Source: an uncultured delta proteobacterium
GTDB taxonomy: Bacteria > Myxococcota > Myxococcia > Myxococcales > Myxococcaceae
Reading direction: 5' to 3'
Length of the DNA stretch: 64,000 nt
Assembly: GCA_963713045.1 (NCBI GenBank)
Contig: CAVQKE010000004.1
Coordinates: forward strand, 1,184,001-1,248,000
Numbering within the stretch: position 1 is the stretch's first letter; each line of letters opens with the position of its first letter. Below are positions 61,692 through 64,000 of the stretch, piece by piece. Below the pieces are notes generated by a model. The model did no database searches and had not been told where the DNA came from. It worked only from the letters and a program-made list of their open reading frames with translations. A program made the translations under genes and the position numbers.

Positions 61692-62789
61692 TTGGTCTTT
61701 TCATAATTTAGGTGATATCACAGCGTTTAAAAAAAGACCGAATCAGGGCCGGGCGTTTCGCCATTCGCTTTAACGCCTCTTTGGTCTTTTTGATCAGTTC
61801 TTCTTTGTTAGTTGCTTGGTGTGCCTTCAATTCCTGCGATTTCAAATGACTCCAAACTCCCTCATCCGGATTGAAATCCGGCGAGTACGCCGGCAGGTAA
61901 AACAACTCTAGCCTTTTCTGGCTGGCGACGAAAGCCTTTACACTTTTGGCGATGTGTGGGCTTGCCTGATCTGCAATCACAAAGATCTTTCGTCTCGGAT
62001 ATTCAGCGAGCAACTCTTTGAGGAACTCGATGAATACAGTGGCATTGACTCTCTCCGATGGAATCGTGAAAAACAATCGACCTTGCAGGCTCAGTGCGCT
62101 CATGACCAGAACGCTGGCTCTCTTGCCCGTAACGCGAACTATCGGAGTCTTTCCCACCGGTGCCCAGGTTCTGCCCACCGTTGGAGTCAATCGAACCACC
62201 GACTCGTCTTCGAAGAAGAGTAGAGCGCGCTGCTTCCTGGCCAGACGCTTGATCCGAGGCCATTCGGTCGCGATCCATTGAGCGCGCGCTTTAGGATCTT
62301 GTTCCAGCGCACGCCGTTCAGGTTTTTGACAACTGAGTTTTAGTTTCTTGAGTTCCCTCCAGAGCGTAGGAACAGACACAACCAGATTTAATTCGGCGCT
62401 GATAACTTGCCTAATACGCTGACAGGTCCAGAGCGGATGCTCATAACCATATTCAGTGGCCGGATGTTTCACCAGCTTTAGAATCGCTTTGCCGTGTCGC
62501 TTGCAATCCAATTTGGGCGGCCTGCCTGTCGCCTTGCGTTCCTTAAGGGCCCTCTGTCCATCCCGGCGCCATTTTGTAAGCCAACGTGATACACTGCCCC
62601 AATGCACACCCAGCAGCTTCGCGATCTCCGCGACACCTTTCCCCGCTTGGTGCGCTTCGATAGCACGAAAGCGCATCTCCTCCAATATATTGTGCGGTAA
62701 CGTCCTCCCATCCCGGGGCATACCACAACATATAGATCATCACCTTCATTTTGAAAAGAAAAATATCACCTAAATTATGAAATGACCAA
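61692..62789 (-). mobile_element. IS630-family element
   Basis: TIR TTGGTC(T/A)TTTCATAATTTAGGTGATAT with TA on both sides (61690-61691 and 62790-62791). Confidence 0.88.
61708..62721 (-). CDS. IS630-family transposase
   Basis: FFEDES, IADQASPH, LPAYSPDFNPDE.VW. Confidence 0.95.
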   Translation of the reverse strand: MPRDGRTLPHNILEEMRFRAIEAHQAGKGVAEIAKLLGVHWGSVSRWLTKWRRDGQRALKERKATGRPPKLDCKRHGKAILKLVKHPATEYGYEHPLWTCQRIRQVISAELNLVVSVPTLWRELKKLKLSCQKPERRALEQDPKARAQWIATEWPRIKRLARKQRALLFFEDESVVRLTPTVGRTWAPVGKTPIVRVTGKRASVLVMSALSLQGRLFFTIPSERVNATVFIEFLKELLAEYPRRKIFVIADQASPHIAKSVKAFVASQKRLELFYLPAYSPDFNPDEGVWSHLKSQELKAHQATNKEELIKKTKEALKRMAKRPALIRSFFKRCDIT

Positions 62790-62914
62790 TATTTTCCAGC
62801 GATAGCTCCGGGCGCACCGGAGGAGCTCTTCTAGCTTTCGGTGAATGAGGCGGAGAACCGAATCAGCAAGGAGGGCCGTTCCGAAGATCTTTTCCGTTCA
62901 GGCGCAGCAGATCT

Positions 62915-63081
62915 GTGGGCGCCCAATACGCCTGCGCGTTCGTGAACGCTAACAAAAAGGCGCTGGACGGCAGCAAGAATTACATGCTGCATCTGCCGGC
63001 GAATATCCCGGCGAAGAACTTTTGGTCGATCGTGGTCTATGACAATCAGACGCGCTCGGAACGCGAGACTGATCAGCAATT
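62915..63081 (+). pseudogene. DUF1214 domain fragment
   Basis: LDGSKNYMLHLPANIPAKNFWSIVVYDNQTRS. Confidence 0.7.
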
Positions 63082-63250
63082 GGAGTGCATTTCAAACCGG
63101 GGGCTAGGAAGAGCCGAGGCGTTGTCCGTCTGATAGGCTGACCCCGTAATGGAACACGATTCTCAGCCCGAAGCTTACTGTGTCCACGTCTGGATTCGGG
63201 GGATTCACCCGACGCTCTGTCGGCGCTTTCTCGTACGATCCGACGGCAAC
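63082..63250 (+). mobile_element. Left-end fragment of a third ISKra4-like lineage
   Basis: GGAGTGCATTTCAAACCGGGGG TIR-like sequence, then ATG 63149 MEHDSQPEAYCVHVWIRGIHPTLCRRFLVRSD (pRiA4b ORF-3-like start). Confidence 0.55.
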
Positions 63251-63296
63251 GCAAATTCAGAAGAAGGCCGCGTAGCCCCCAGTTTGAAATGCTCTC

Positions 63297-63474
63297 CATA
63301 TTGACCACGATCCGCACAAGCCGCCGCAACCTCGCCTTGTCATTTGGCTACGTGATGATGTAGAGGCTGACCGGATCCGCGTAGTGCATCAGGTCCCGGA
63401 TCCGAAAATCCGAACGGCTCGTGTTCTTGGCGACAGTCGGATCCCGGTAAAGGTCCAGGAAAGTCTTAGTCGTC
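63297..63474 (-). pseudogene. traG: TraG/VirD4 coupling protein fragment
   Basis: TTKTFLDLYRDPTVAKNTSRSDFRIRDLMHYADPVSLYIIT*PNDKARLRRLVRIVVNM. Confidence 0.7.
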
Positions 63475-63785
63475 CATTAAATTGCAGACAAACGACTCGG
63501 TCCGGAACGCTCCGCGTAGCGACGCGGGCGGAGGATGCTCATGTCACACTGAAAGCCTCCCATATTGAATTTCGCGTCGAATTCTTGCGTCAAATTTATC
63601 TGTTGTATGAATACCCATTGTTAGTGGCTGAGACGCGGAGATGCGTGGTGATTCAAGCATCTGTGCGCGGGTGACGGGGGTATTGTATTGATTACTAATG
63701 AAAGACAATGCAAATGACCACGCTTCTGAATCGCACTGACGGCAGACCTGATGAGCTTACTCTCATTCGATCGGAACCGATCTCG

Positions 63786-64000
63786 ATGCAGTGGACCAAT
63801 GAGCTGAGGAGAAACATCGGCCTTAACCCGAGCTGTAAATTATTGAGAGAGCTCTTGAGCTTGGACCTATACACTCGAACAGTCGTCTACCCTTTTCTAA
63901 TCAAAGGCTGGAGTGCGAGTCGGATCGCCGATCGCTTGAAGGTTTCCCTTATCACAATTCAAAAGCTATTGGAAATCGGTCGAGAGCAACTGAAGAGAAA
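63786..64000 (+). CDS. Partial ORF with sigma-70 region 4-like HTH (runs off the window)
   Basis: GWSASRIADRLKVSLITIQKLLEIGREQLKR. Confidence 0.4.
   Translation, partial: MQWTNELRRNIGLNPSCKLLRELLSLDLYTRTVVYPFLIKGWSASRIADRLKVSLITIQKLLEIGREQLKR

Noticed and set aside
61690..62791. IS630 inserted in the centre of a 28-bp target palindrome
   Set aside because: The symmetric sequence is better explained as the element's own longer TIR, with TA duplicated just outside it.

Overview
A 64-kb bacterial accessory region with no rRNA, tRNA, CRISPR array or housekeeping operon. It is mostly mobile elements, candidate defence genes and decaying plasmid or phage debris. Mobile elements: three full ISKra4-family elements plus two end fragments (each with a pRiA4b ORF-3/IS1096-TnpR-like gene inside its ends), two IS21 elements (one with two extra genes), two Tn3-family transposases, Tn3-type MITEs, an IS110 with a candidate bridge RNA, IS630, an integrase + IS91-like pair and an IS1634 fragment. 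Candidate immunity cargo: a TIR-TM-WD40 protein, a PLD nuclease, a PD-(D/E)XK-like protein, a RelE/ParE-type TA pair, a KAP NTPase, truncated SNF2 and TM0106 nuclease genes, an LRR + uracil-DNA-glycosylase-like fusion, and a coupled pair of ATPase and ATPase-wHTH-TPR genes. Reading outside the ORF track shows remnants of a protelomerase, a TraG coupling protein and an HNH protein, and two genes broken by micro-inversions. The best candidates for undescribed systems are the LRR-UDG fusion, the dual ATPase/TPR operon and the accessory genes carried inside the ISKra4 and IS21 ends. All family calls come from motif recognition by eye; no database search was run.
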